Notes under the pieces: model-generated
What the model was told of the DNA's origin: nothing
The model's input: only the letters and a program-made list of their open reading frames with translations
Databases searched by the model: none
Part shown: piece after piece, positions 35,996-44,147 of the stretch
How positions within the stretch are numbered: position 1 is the stretch's first letter
Layout of the letters: every line of letters begins with the position of its first letter
Translations under genes and position numbers: made by a program
Virus record (IMG/VR): IMGVR_UViG_3300027819_000022
Location: 1-44,147 of that record
From: a virus
Taxonomy: Duplodnaviria > Caudoviricetes
Length of the DNA: 44,147 nucleotides
Strand: one strand, 5' to 3'

Positions 35996-36759
35996 AAACG
36001 CTGCTTGCGTGGCTGCTCGGTTTTTTCTGCCTCACCGTTCCCGGAGATGATCCGCCGGGCGATGAGCCTCCGCCTGACGATCCGCCGGGCGATGACCCGC
36101 CCGGAGATGAACCCCCTCCCGACGACGATTTGAGTCTGGACGGTGCCGGCGACGAAACGCCGCCCGGAGATGACGATGACGATCCGGCTGCCACCGCCGC
36201 AGAACAGGCGAAGGCTCTCAAAGAGGAAAATGCGCGCCTGCAAGCCGATCTCGCCGCCGCCCGCCGGCCCCCGCCCGGAGCGCCTACCCCCACCGAGGAG
36301 CAGCGCGTCCACCAGCAGGAAGAAGAGCGGCTGCGCGATCCAAAGACCACGGAACTTGAGCGCTGGCAGATCAACTCGAACCGCACGCTGCGCGCCAACA
36401 AGCATGCGTCCAATATGGCGCTGTTTCAAGCGCATGATGTCGCCGACCGAACGGCGTTCAATCAATTGGCGATTACCAAGCCCGCGATCCACAAGCGGTA
36501 CGCCGAACGGGTCGAAGCCGAAATCGTCCGAATGCGCGCGAGCGGCCAAAATGCGCCGCGCGAAGCGGTGTTGCGCTATCTGATTGGCAACGATGCGCTG
36601 GACGGAAAGCTCTCGGCCAAGAAAACTCCGAAACCCGCTGCGGAGCAAAGCACGATTGACCGCGGACGCTCGCCCGGCGCCCGCTCGGATGTGGCTTCAC
36701 GTGGGCGTCTTACCGAAGCACAGAAGCGCGAAAAGCGCCTTGATGGCATGCAAATCTGA
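35992..36759 (+). CDS. Putative capsid scaffolding protein
   Basis: Acidic Pro-rich N-terminus, coiled coil, basic C-terminus; directly upstream of the MCP. Confidence 0.7.
   Translation: MKTLLAWLLGFFCLTVPGDDPPGDEPPPDDPPGDDPPGDEPPPDDDLSLDGAGDETPPGDDDDDPAATAAEQAKALKEENARLQADLAAARRPPPGAPTPTEEQRVHQQEEERLRDPKTTELERWQINSNRTLRANKHASNMALFQAHDVADRTAFNQLAITKPAIHKRYAERVEAEIVRMRASGQNAPREAVLRYLIGNDALDGKLSAKKTPKPAAEQSTIDRGRSPGARSDVASRGRLTEAQKREKRLDGMQI
36040..36190 (+). repeat. Degenerate 15-bp coding repeats (GDDPP/GDEPP)
   Basis: PGDDPPGDEPPPDDPPGDDPPGDEPPPDDD. Confidence 0.8.
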
Positions 36760-36772
36760 ACGGAGCAAAATC

Positions 36773-38191
36773 ATGAAACCACTGAAAAATAGATTCCTCA
36801 CCGTTGCGGCCGGCCTGATTGGCGGTTTTGTGTGTCTCGGCGTGACGAACCAATCGGCGACGTTCTCGGCGGATATCGAGAATTTCATCGCCGACAAGGT
36901 GCTGCCGCTCGCGCAGCGCCAACTGGTCGCCTACCAGTTCGGTGATCCTCTCAGCCTTGATGCGCACCGCGGCACGACCTACACCGCGAGCCGCTACGAG
37001 CGCCTGCCGCTGCCGTACGCCGCGTTGCAGGAAGGCATCGCGCCTCCCGGCGAAGCGATGAGTGTCGCGCAGATTTCGGCCACCGCCCAGCAATGGGGCG
37101 ACCGCGTGGTGATTACGGACGTGGCGAACCTCACGATCAAGCACCCGCTGTTCAAGCAGGCGACGAACCTTGTGGCGATGCAGCTTCCCGAGACTCTGGA
37201 GCGCAACACCTTCAATACGCTGGTTGCGGCCACTCAGGTCAATTATGCGAACGGACGCGCGAACCGCGCTGCGCTGGTCGCAACGGACGTTCTCTCTCCG
37301 CACGAAATCAACCGGCTCGTGGGTTCGCTGGAAGATTACGGCGCGCCCGCCTTCAATGGCGACGAGCGCGAGGACATGATGAAGGACGCGGGCGCGTACA
37401 GGAAATCCAAGACCGCCAGCGCCATGCCGCATTACGTCGCGCTGATCCACCCGTTCCCGGTGCAGGACATGCGGGAGAACGCGACGGTGGTTGCCGCGTG
37501 GACGCACAACGACGTTGACCGTCTATACAACAGCGAGTTGGGCGAATGGGGTGGGGTGCGCTTCTGCAAGTCGAACATGGTTCCCTACTGGCTCGGCGTT
37601 GCAGATCCGGCGACCAACACAGCTTCGACCGCCGGGGGGTCCCTGACGGCCGGAACCTACTACATCCAGATCACCGGCATGCCGGCGCAGACCTCGGTCG
37701 AGCGCCGCATCTATCAGGTGTCCGGCGCGATCACCACGACCGGCTCGACAAGCTCGATCTCGGTGGTGCTGCCGACCTTGGCGAACTACCTGTTCAACGT
37801 CTACATCGGCACGACCACAAGCCCGACGAACCTTGGCCTCACGGCCTCCGGTCCTGCGACAGGCTCGTTTGCCGGACAGGCGACTCAGCTTGCGTCAGGT
37901 GCCACCGTCGTCATTACCGGCACGGGAGTCGCGCAAACTCCGCCTGCGGCACCGGCAACCGGCGTCTACGTGTTTCCGACCATCGTGATCGGCAAGAACG
38001 CCTACGGGCAAGTGCTGCTGGAAAACAAGCAGTTCTACTACCTGAAGGACGCCGACAAGTCGGACCCGCTGAATCAGACGCGGGTGGTCGGGTGGAAGGT
38101 GTTCTACGGGAGTATTATCGAAAATCAGAATTTTCTGGTCCGCATCGAATCGTCCAGTGCGTTCACCCCCGGCTACTCCGTAAACGCCTGA
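36773..38191 (+). CDS. Major capsid protein, N4-gp56-like family, with an inserted Thr/Ser-rich domain
   Basis: GGAG RBS; LQEGIAP, QQWG, YVALIHP, ELGEWGGVRF, DKSDPLNQTRVVGWK motifs. Confidence 0.85.
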   Translation: MKPLKNRFLTVAAGLIGGFVCLGVTNQSATFSADIENFIADKVLPLAQRQLVAYQFGDPLSLDAHRGTTYTASRYERLPLPYAALQEGIAPPGEAMSVAQISATAQQWGDRVVITDVANLTIKHPLFKQATNLVAMQLPETLERNTFNTLVAATQVNYANGRANRAALVATDVLSPHEINRLVGSLEDYGAPAFNGDEREDMMKDAGAYRKSKTASAMPHYVALIHPFPVQDMRENATVVAAWTHNDVDRLYNSELGEWGGVRFCKSNMVPYWLGVADPATNTASTAGGSLTAGTYYIQITGMPAQTSVERRIYQVSGAITTTGSTSSISVVLPTLANYLFNVYIGTTTSPTNLGLTASGPATGSFAGQATQLASGATVVITGTGVAQTPPAAPATGVYVFPTIVIGKNAYGQVLLENKQFYYLKDADKSDPLNQTRVVGWKVFYGSIIENQNFLVRIESSSAFTPGYSVNA

Positions 38192-38203
38192 TAAGGAGCC
38201 TTG

Positions 38204-38707
38204 ATGGCTGGTTTTCAAAAGAAGGAGATCACTCCTGAGAGCGAGCTTGAGGAACTGCGTGCGCAGGTCGCGCAGTTAAACCAAAAGCTCGCTGAACGCG
38301 ACGAACAACTCGACGTGGCTGTCGAAGCCGCGCGCCTCTCGGCTGAAGGCCAAGGCGTGCCCTTCATGCAGAACACGATGGCAGAAGTCCCGACTGGCCG
38401 GCGGGTGTCAATCGAGCGCGCGAAAAACCCGTGGGTGAGGGACGCGAAGAAGCTGGAATTCGAGACGCTCGAAGTTCCTACCTACTACTACAAGATCGAC
38501 CTTCCGGCCTCCGGTGGCGTTGACCTGAAGATCAACGGCGAGTCCAAGTATCACGGGCAGACCTACGAATTCACCATGGACGAGCTGCGTACCGTCAAGG
38601 ACATGGTTGCTCGCGCATGGGGGCACGAAGCCACCATCAAAGGCTCCAACGAAAACGTATTTCGCCGGCCGCAGAACCGGGTATTGAGCGGGAAGGTTAT
38701 GCACTGA
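38204..38707 (+). CDS. Hypothetical protein
   Basis: AAGGAG RBS; N-terminal coiled coil. Confidence 0.7.
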   Translation: MAGFQKKEITPESELEELRAQVAQLNQKLAERDEQLDVAVEAARLSAEGQGVPFMQNTMAEVPTGRRVSIERAKNPWVRDAKKLEFETLEVPTYYYKIDLPASGGVDLKINGESKYHGQTYEFTMDELRTVKDMVARAWGHEATIKGSNENVFRRPQNRVLSGKVMH

Positions 38708-39123
38708 TGGACGACGAAAAGAAACCGCTGGATACTGGCGCGCGCCCGATCATCGGCAACTTCAACCTCGCCGCCCAACTGCCTAACAACCGCTCGATTG
38801 CGGTTGCCGGATACTTCTACGAGGGCGAGGCGCTTACCTCGATCAACGAGCGGCTCGACTTGTGTCAGGAAGCGATCGAACGCCAGCGCCTGCGCTGTGA
38901 AATCCCTGAACTCGAAGCGGCGCGCGAGCAGCGCATCACGGCGCTTCGCCAGATGAAGGAAGTCATGGATGATCTCGCTGGCAAGCAGCAGTCCGGCAAG
39001 ATTTCCAGTCAGGAGCGCATGACGCTGAAGAACATGCAGGTCAACCTCAAGAAGGTTTCTGAGGACATCGACAAGGGCGAGGTGGCGATCCGGGACGCGA
39101 AGTTGAAGGCAGGGGTTGCATAG
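38707..39123 (+). CDS. Hypothetical coiled-coil protein
   Basis: TGATG coupling to the upstream gene. Confidence 0.65.
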   Translation: MDDEKKPLDTGARPIIGNFNLAAQLPNNRSIAVAGYFYEGEALTSINERLDLCQEAIERQRLRCEIPELEAAREQRITALRQMKEVMDDLAGKQQSGKISSQERMTLKNMQVNLKKVSEDIDKGEVAIRDAKLKAGVA

Positions 39124-39125
39124 GT

Positions 39126-39824
39126 GTGCTCACCGCTGCCCAAATTGTCACCAAGGCGTGTGCGATCGCAAAAGCACCGGGCTTCACTGCGCAGGGGGGT
39201 CAGGATCTTAACCTTGTCCTGAACGATCTGGTCCTGCACAGGGACCTCAAGATCAACAGGTATTCCGGCAGCATCAGCGTCACTTCCGGCTCCACCGGCC
39301 CGTTCAATCTCCCTGCCGATTATCTTCGCACCTACGATCTTTTCTACGATATCGACGGGCAGCGCTATTTCCTGCGCCCGGTTTCTACCGAGCAGATGGA
39401 CGCGGAGTTTCATAGCGCAGGGGTTGCGAATTACCCGTACGAATATCAGACCGATCTGCAACCGCAGGCCGCCACCCCTGACACGGGCATAGCGCTCATC
39501 TACATCTACCCGCAGACGAACAGCGCGCTCACCCTCACGCACCGCTACATGATCCGCAGGGCGGACATTTCTTCGCCTTCATCGTCAAGCAGCATACCGT
39601 GGTTTCCAGATCAGGATTATCTGATCCACGCAACCGCCGTGCGGCTGATGAAGTTGACGGATGATGCGCGCTACGACAAATACAATACGGACGCCGAGAA
39701 TATGCTGAGAACGCATCTGATTATGGAGGGCGACGAACAGCAGGTAGTGAAGGAGGTGCGTCTCGACCCGCGGCGCTTCCGCGTCCACGGACGCCTGCGA
39801 GCGACCAAAGTGCAGGGCTATTGA
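39126..39824 (+). CDS. Putative head-tail adaptor protein
   Basis: TAAQIV start, LNLVL, FNLPADY motif; position after the MCP. Confidence 0.65.
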   Translation: MLTAAQIVTKACAIAKAPGFTAQGGQDLNLVLNDLVLHRDLKINRYSGSISVTSGSTGPFNLPADYLRTYDLFYDIDGQRYFLRPVSTEQMDAEFHSAGVANYPYEYQTDLQPQAATPDTGIALIYIYPQTNSALTLTHRYMIRRADISSPSSSSSIPWFPDQDYLIHATAVRLMKLTDDARYDKYNTDAENMLRTHLIMEGDEQQVVKEVRLDPRRFRVHGRLRATKVQGY

Positions 39825-39837
39825 GACGGGGTTATGA

Positions 39838-41460
39838 ATGCCTATCGCGCAGCCCCAATATCCTATTCGTTTCACACCGAAAGGACTTGTTGATTCGCTT
39901 GATGCGACCGACAAGTTTCCCGGCGCGTGTCTTGCGCTCACCAATCTAGTATTCGATCAGTCGAATCCTGAACTGATGGTATCGCGGCCCGGCGCCGCGT
40001 CCATCACATCATTTTCCGGCATCACGACGCCCGGCGTAGTTTCGGTACAGATCACGGTAGGAACCCGCACCTACGGGATGATTTCGAGCGCGCGGAACGC
40101 GGGCAAGGACGAGCCGTTTTCCTACAATAACGATACCAATACGTTCGATACGGTGTCGGGAATCACGAACGCCAATTCGCCCACGACGCAACCGACGACC
40201 GGGGCATGGACGCCGCCGACGATGGCGGTCATCGGCACGCAGATCATCGTGACGCATCCCGGTTTTCCGGGCGGCGCAACCAAGTTCGGATACTTCGATA
40301 TTTCGACGGTAGGTTCGCCGACATGGGATGCGGGGGATACGGCGACCAATGCGCTGCCCTCAACCCCGACTGCGGTGGCAAACTTCGCCAACCGCGCCTA
40401 TTATGCCTGCGGACAATACCTCGTCTATTCTGATGTGCTGGTTCCGCGCACGGTCACGAACGCAACGCAGGCGCTGACCATAGGCGACACCAATACGATC
40501 AGCGCGTTGCAGGGCTTGCCGGTGCAGACAAGCTCCAGCGGCGTGTTTCAGGCGTTGATGGTATTCAAGGCGTTTCAGGTCTGGCAAGTGACCGGGGACT
40601 CGGCGACCTCCAATCTTTTGATAAACTTCCTGTCCCTGACGGTCGGCACTTCGTCGCCTCGCTCGATCGCGCTTTCCCCGCGGGGGCTATACTTCGCGTC
40701 GATCGCCGGCCCCTACTTCATAGGCCAGCTTGGCAATGTCGAGGCGGTGACGAACTCAGGACAGGTAACGGACCCGGATATCGTCTCGCCATTCCAGAAC
40801 GCGGTCACGCCTTCGCGCATCGCGGGCGGATACTCGAACGGCATTTACCGTGTCTGCATGGAAACGATCATCCGGGGCACGCAGGCGAAAAACGATTACT
40901 GGTTCGATGAGCGCCGCCGCCGCTGGACGGGGCCGCACAGCTTTTCCTACGATTGCGCCTCACAGTACAGCAATTACTTCATCCTGTGCTCGAATGACGC
41001 CTCGGGAAAACTGTTCAAAAGTCAGGTGATACCGGATGCCGGGAGCGCCTACACCGACAACGGCGTTGCTACTTCGGCGATTCTGCAATCATCCACCTTT
41101 CCGAAAACGGGGCGCATGACTGAAAAGCAGGTGATCGAGTCAACGATAGAACTCGCTGCGGCCGGGCAGACGACCTCCTACCAGATCGAGGCGCAGGACG
41201 AGCGGGAAACTGCGCTGGACACGGTGAGCGTTTCCGTGGGCGGGGGCGGTGGTCTGTGGGGTTCCTTCGTGTGGGGGGATGGCACGCTATGGTCGCGCTC
41301 AACCAATCGGCCCGGCGTCTACAATGTCCCGTGGTCGTTGCCGCTTGTGTTCAAGAAAGTGGCTTTGAAGATCACGGCTTCCTCGACCACCGCGCTTGCC
41401 ATCGGGACGTTTTTTGCGAGATATCAGGACACGGGTTACACGAACAAGGAGCCGGCATGA
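39838..41460 (+). CDS. Putative tail nozzle / tail tubular protein
   Basis: 540-aa beta-rich protein following the adaptor; WG..WG motif near the C-terminus. Confidence 0.65.
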   Translation: MPIAQPQYPIRFTPKGLVDSLDATDKFPGACLALTNLVFDQSNPELMVSRPGAASITSFSGITTPGVVSVQITVGTRTYGMISSARNAGKDEPFSYNNDTNTFDTVSGITNANSPTTQPTTGAWTPPTMAVIGTQIIVTHPGFPGGATKFGYFDISTVGSPTWDAGDTATNALPSTPTAVANFANRAYYACGQYLVYSDVLVPRTVTNATQALTIGDTNTISALQGLPVQTSSSGVFQALMVFKAFQVWQVTGDSATSNLLINFLSLTVGTSSPRSIALSPRGLYFASIAGPYFIGQLGNVEAVTNSGQVTDPDIVSPFQNAVTPSRIAGGYSNGIYRVCMETIIRGTQAKNDYWFDERRRRWTGPHSFSYDCASQYSNYFILCSNDASGKLFKSQVIPDAGSAYTDNGVATSAILQSSTFPKTGRMTEKQVIESTIELAAAGQTTSYQIEAQDERETALDTVSVSVGGGGGLWGSFVWGDGTLWSRSTNRPGVYNVPWSLPLVFKKVALKITASSTTALAIGTFFARYQDTGYTNKEPA

Positions 41461-42938
41461 AGGCGCTCGGCTATTTCCTGCGACTCCCGACGATCATCTC
41501 GGCTCTGCCGGATGCGATCACGAACGGCACGACGGCGGACGCCTCCGAAGTCACGGCGAACTTCAACCATATCGTAGCCCAGGTCAACGCCAACGCGGCG
41601 CAATTGTCTCTGACTCCGCAGCTTGCGAGTGCCAACACCTTCACCGCCAGACAATCGGGTGTCTCGGCCACGCTACCCGCCAACTTCCCGATTGCAACTC
41701 AGGTGCAGGATTGGGCGTTCAATACGCTCACTTCCACGCTCGGGACGAACACGATCACGGCACGCTGCGCCACGCTGACGATAGGTGCTCTGGCAAACGG
41801 ACAGGTCTTTACTTTCGTGCCCTCGCAGACGAATACCGGACCCGTGACGCTCAACCCGGACGGCGTGGGGGCGGCTGCGATCTTCCTTGGCGGCACCAAT
41901 GTCACTTCCGGGCAGATCGTAAAAGACCTGCCGATAGCCGTTCGCTACCAGAGTCCAAGGTTCCACGTCGTCGGGGGCGAGGCCGTGGATGCGATCAAGG
42001 AAAGCCTGATTGACGCGGCTGGCGATCTGATTATTGGGACTGCCGCCAACACGGCGGCGCGGCTTGCAATCGGGGCTGCTTACCGGCGGCTTGCGGTTAA
42101 CGCCGGGGCAACGGCCCCCGAATGGGTGGCTGATACGCAGAATACCGTCATTCAAGCCGCCGGAGATTTGCTCTACGGAACGATGTCGAGCACCATCGCG
42201 AGACTTGGCATAGGGACGGCGCTGCAACTACTGCGCGTCAATGCCGGAGCCACCGCGCCGGAATGGTCGGATCAAGACCCCTCGAAAGTCCAGTTGCAGA
42301 ATTCGGCGTACCTGAGCCTCACTTCGACTTTGGGCACCAACACGATTACCGCGCGCTGTGCGGCCCTTACCATCGGTTCCCTGACGAATGGCCAGATTTT
42401 CACCTTCGTTCCATCGCAAACGAACACAGGGCCGGTCACGTTGAACCCGGACGGCGCGGGCGCTGCCGCCATATTTTTTGGTGGCACAAACGTCACGTCG
42501 GGGCAGATCGTGAGGGACGTGCCGCTGGCGGTTCGATATGAGTCGCCGCGATTCCATGTCATCGGGGGTGCTGATGATCTCATCTATTCGACCGCTCATA
42601 CGTGGACAAAAGCGCAGCGCGGCGCGTACGTTGCCCTGACCAGCAGCGGCGCATCCATCGCGGTTGATTTGAGCCTCGCCAACAATTTCAACCACACGAT
42701 GACGGAAAATACCACGCTCGCGGCGCCTACCAATGCGGTGGCCGGACAAGCGGGCGTGATCGAGATTACCCAACATGCGAGCGCGGCAAAGACACTTGCC
42801 TACAACGCTTTCTGGAAGTGGGATTCAGGAACTTCGGTTGCTATCTCAGCTACGGTAGGCTCCGTGAACGTGCTTTGCTACGTTGTGGGTTCGACTGGCG
42901 CATTCGCTACCTGCACTATGCAAACGGCGGTCGCATGA
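41457..42938 (+). CDS. Tail fibre protein 1 with internal repeats
   Basis: ADASEVTANFN head-binding-like N-terminus; two NTGPVTLN modules; two GDLxxG...APEW repeats. Confidence 0.8.
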   Translation: MKALGYFLRLPTIISALPDAITNGTTADASEVTANFNHIVAQVNANAAQLSLTPQLASANTFTARQSGVSATLPANFPIATQVQDWAFNTLTSTLGTNTITARCATLTIGALANGQVFTFVPSQTNTGPVTLNPDGVGAAAIFLGGTNVTSGQIVKDLPIAVRYQSPRFHVVGGEAVDAIKESLIDAAGDLIIGTAANTAARLAIGAAYRRLAVNAGATAPEWVADTQNTVIQAAGDLLYGTMSSTIARLGIGTALQLLRVNAGATAPEWSDQDPSKVQLQNSAYLSLTSTLGTNTITARCAALTIGSLTNGQIFTFVPSQTNTGPVTLNPDGAGAAAIFFGGTNVTSGQIVRDVPLAVRYESPRFHVIGGADDLIYSTAHTWTKAQRGAYVALTSSGASIAVDLSLANNFNHTMTENTTLAAPTNAVAGQAGVIEITQHASAAKTLAYNAFWKWDSGTSVAISATVGSVNVLCYVVGSTGAFATCTMQTAVA

Positions 42939-44035
42939 TGCCGATAGGGAACATGCCTCCGCTCGGAGTGAAGAAAATATACACCGGGTGGAATCCGCTG
43001 GACAAAGGGGCTGCCGTAACTCTGAGTAATGGTAATCTGACTGCGACAATAAGCAATGTCGGGATCGTGCGGAGTGCAATTGGTAAATCATCTGGAAAAT
43101 GGTATTGGGAAATCACCATGACCAGCGCCTTAAACTCGGCCCCCGGAATTGCTGATAGCTCCGCTGGATTGGATACTCGCCCAGGTTTCGATACACATAT
43201 GTACGCTTATCAGTTAAGGTACAACGGAATAGATGGCGCTAAAATTTACAACAGTAGCGCCAGTGTTTTCGGGTTAGAGTTTTTGGCTGGAGATATTCTC
43301 GGTGTTAAATTGGATGCAACCGCTGGAACTGTCGAATTTCTGAAAAACGATTCTAGCCAAGGAACCATGACGCTAACGGGTCTGACCGCTCCATATTATG
43401 CGATGGACGGTTGCATAAACGCGGCCGCGTCACTTTCAACGGCAAACTTCGGCCTCACGGCTTTTTCCTACGCCGTGCCAAATGGATATAACGCAGGACT
43501 CTACACGCGAATCGGCTAGGAATAATCATGCGTAATTTCCTCCATCCCGCGACGATTATATCTTCTCTGCCCAATACGCTGGCGAACGGTCAGGTAGCGG
43601 ATGCAACGCCGCTCATGTCGGACCTGAATCATATCGTAGATCAGGTGAACGCGAATGCGGCGCAACTCTCACTCACCCCGCAACTCGCCGCGGCGAACAC
43701 GTTTACCGCAGTGCAGGCCGGGATCGCTGCAACGGCAGCGACACACTTCCCGATTGCGTCCCAAATTCAGAACGACGTATTCCGCACACTGACATCGACG
43801 CTTGGTACGAACACCATCACGGCACGCAATGCGACGCTGACACTGAGCGCACTCGCTAACGGCCAGATTTTCAGCTTCGTCCCGAGCCAGACCAATACCG
43901 GGCCAGTGACGCTAAATCCTGACGGGGTTGGCGCAACGACGATATTTCTCGGCGGAACGAACGTAATCTCCGGCCAGATCGTCAAAGATGTTCCGCTCGC
44001 GGTCAGGTACGAAAGCCCCAACTTCCATGCGATTG
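41694..44035 (+). repeat. Three copies of a ~280-bp fibre module (~41694-41977, ~42283-42570, ~43756-44035)
   Basis: LTSTLGTNTITAR...NGQxFxFVPSQTNTGPVTLNPDG...SGQIVxDxPxAVRYxSPxFH occurs three times. Confidence 0.85.
42935..43519 (+). CDS. SPRY/B30.2-like (ConA-type) domain protein, candidate receptor-binding adhesin
   Basis: TLSNGNLTA, SSGKWYWEI, GDILGVKLD, FLKN, ANFG motifs; lower GC than flanks. Confidence 0.75.
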   Translation: MMPIGNMPPLGVKKIYTGWNPLDKGAAVTLSNGNLTATISNVGIVRSAIGKSSGKWYWEITMTSALNSAPGIADSSAGLDTRPGFDTHMYAYQLRYNGIDGAKIYNSSASVFGLEFLAGDILGVKLDATAGTVEFLKNDSSQGTMTLTGLTAPYYAMDGCINAAASLSTANFGLTAFSYAVPNGYNAGLYTRIG

Positions 44036-44147
44036 CGGCAGGCAATCCGGCCACCCTCGGGGCCAATACGTTTTCTGGACCACAGACTTTCAACGCCGCG
44101 ATTACCTACGGCGGCGTAACCCTATCGAACGCAGTAACAGGCACCGG
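43528..44147 (+). CDS. Tail fibre protein 2, N-terminal part (continues through the join to 1045; ~511 aa in total)
   Basis: AGGA RBS; N-terminus paralogous to fibre 1; open to the window end. Confidence 0.85.
   Translation, partial: MRNFLHPATIISSLPNTLANGQVADATPLMSDLNHIVDQVNANAAQLSLTPQLAAANTFTAVQAGIAATAATHFPIASQIQNDVFRTLTSTLGTNTITARNATLTLSALANGQIFSFVPSQTNTGPVTLNPDGVGATTIFLGGTNVISGQIVKDVPLAVRYESPNFHAIAAGNPATLGANTFSGPQTFNAAITYGGVTLSNAVTGT
44019..44147. repeat. Terminal overlap, copy 2
   Basis: Matches 1..129 with a single mismatch. Confidence 0.95.

Noticed and set aside
36040-36190. CRISPR-like or iteron array
   Set aside because: Degenerate in-frame peptide repeats without spacers
34246-36850. 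Sec or lipoprotein signal peptides on head proteins
   Set aside because: Capsid and scaffold assemble in the cytoplasm, there is no proper lipobox, and the fibre leaders are too short; treated instead as a shared leader motif
44019-44147. Biological direct terminal repeat
   Set aside because: It falls mid-gene within a tail fibre ORF and has an assembly k-mer-like length, so it is better explained as a circular assembly overlap
41694-44147. Diversity-generating retroelement (TR/VR pair) among the fibre repeats
   Set aside because: No reverse transcriptase was recognised; the repeats differ mainly at synonymous third positions rather than only at adenines, and all copies are coding
1-44147. 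tRNA genes, CRISPR arrays, integrase/att sites, introns or inteins
   Set aside because: None recognised by eye; tRNAscan-SE, Infernal and HMM searches would be needed to exclude them formally

Overview
The window is an apparently complete, circularly closed genome (~44,018 bp after removing a 129-bp end overlap) of a GC-rich podovirus-type tailed phage. Embedded Rz/Rz1 spanins point to a Gram-negative host. A + strand late arm runs from 26181 through the window end to 9435: sugar enzymes, TerL, portal, M48 peptidase, head genes, N4-gp56-type capsid, adaptor/nozzle, two tail fibres, lysis genes and ejection proteins. A - strand early/middle arm runs from 25034 down to 9332: ArdC, RecE-like nuclease plus Sak4-like ATPase, many small ORFs and a second sugar cluster. 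The arms diverge from a ~1.1 kb non-coding region. I recognised no integrase, DNA polymerase, primase or ParB. Three things stand out. (1) Six virion proteins share an N-terminal leader ending F-[LVF]-[RCH]-[LP]-[AGTP]-[IVT], and a HExxH peptidase gene is coupled to the portal, suggesting a leader-directed virion maturation system. (2) A split but coherent pathway (HddA-like kinase, HxGH nucleotidyltransferase, DmhA-like 4,6-dehydratase, His-type ColD-like 3-dehydratase, minimal TPP E1 alpha/beta pair, B12 radical SAM, three glycosyltransferases) is predicted to make an unusual C4-branched 3,6-dideoxy sugar, probably a heptose. (3) Two chromosomal-type parS sites are present with no phage ParB. 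All family assignments come from motifs read by eye; no database search was run.
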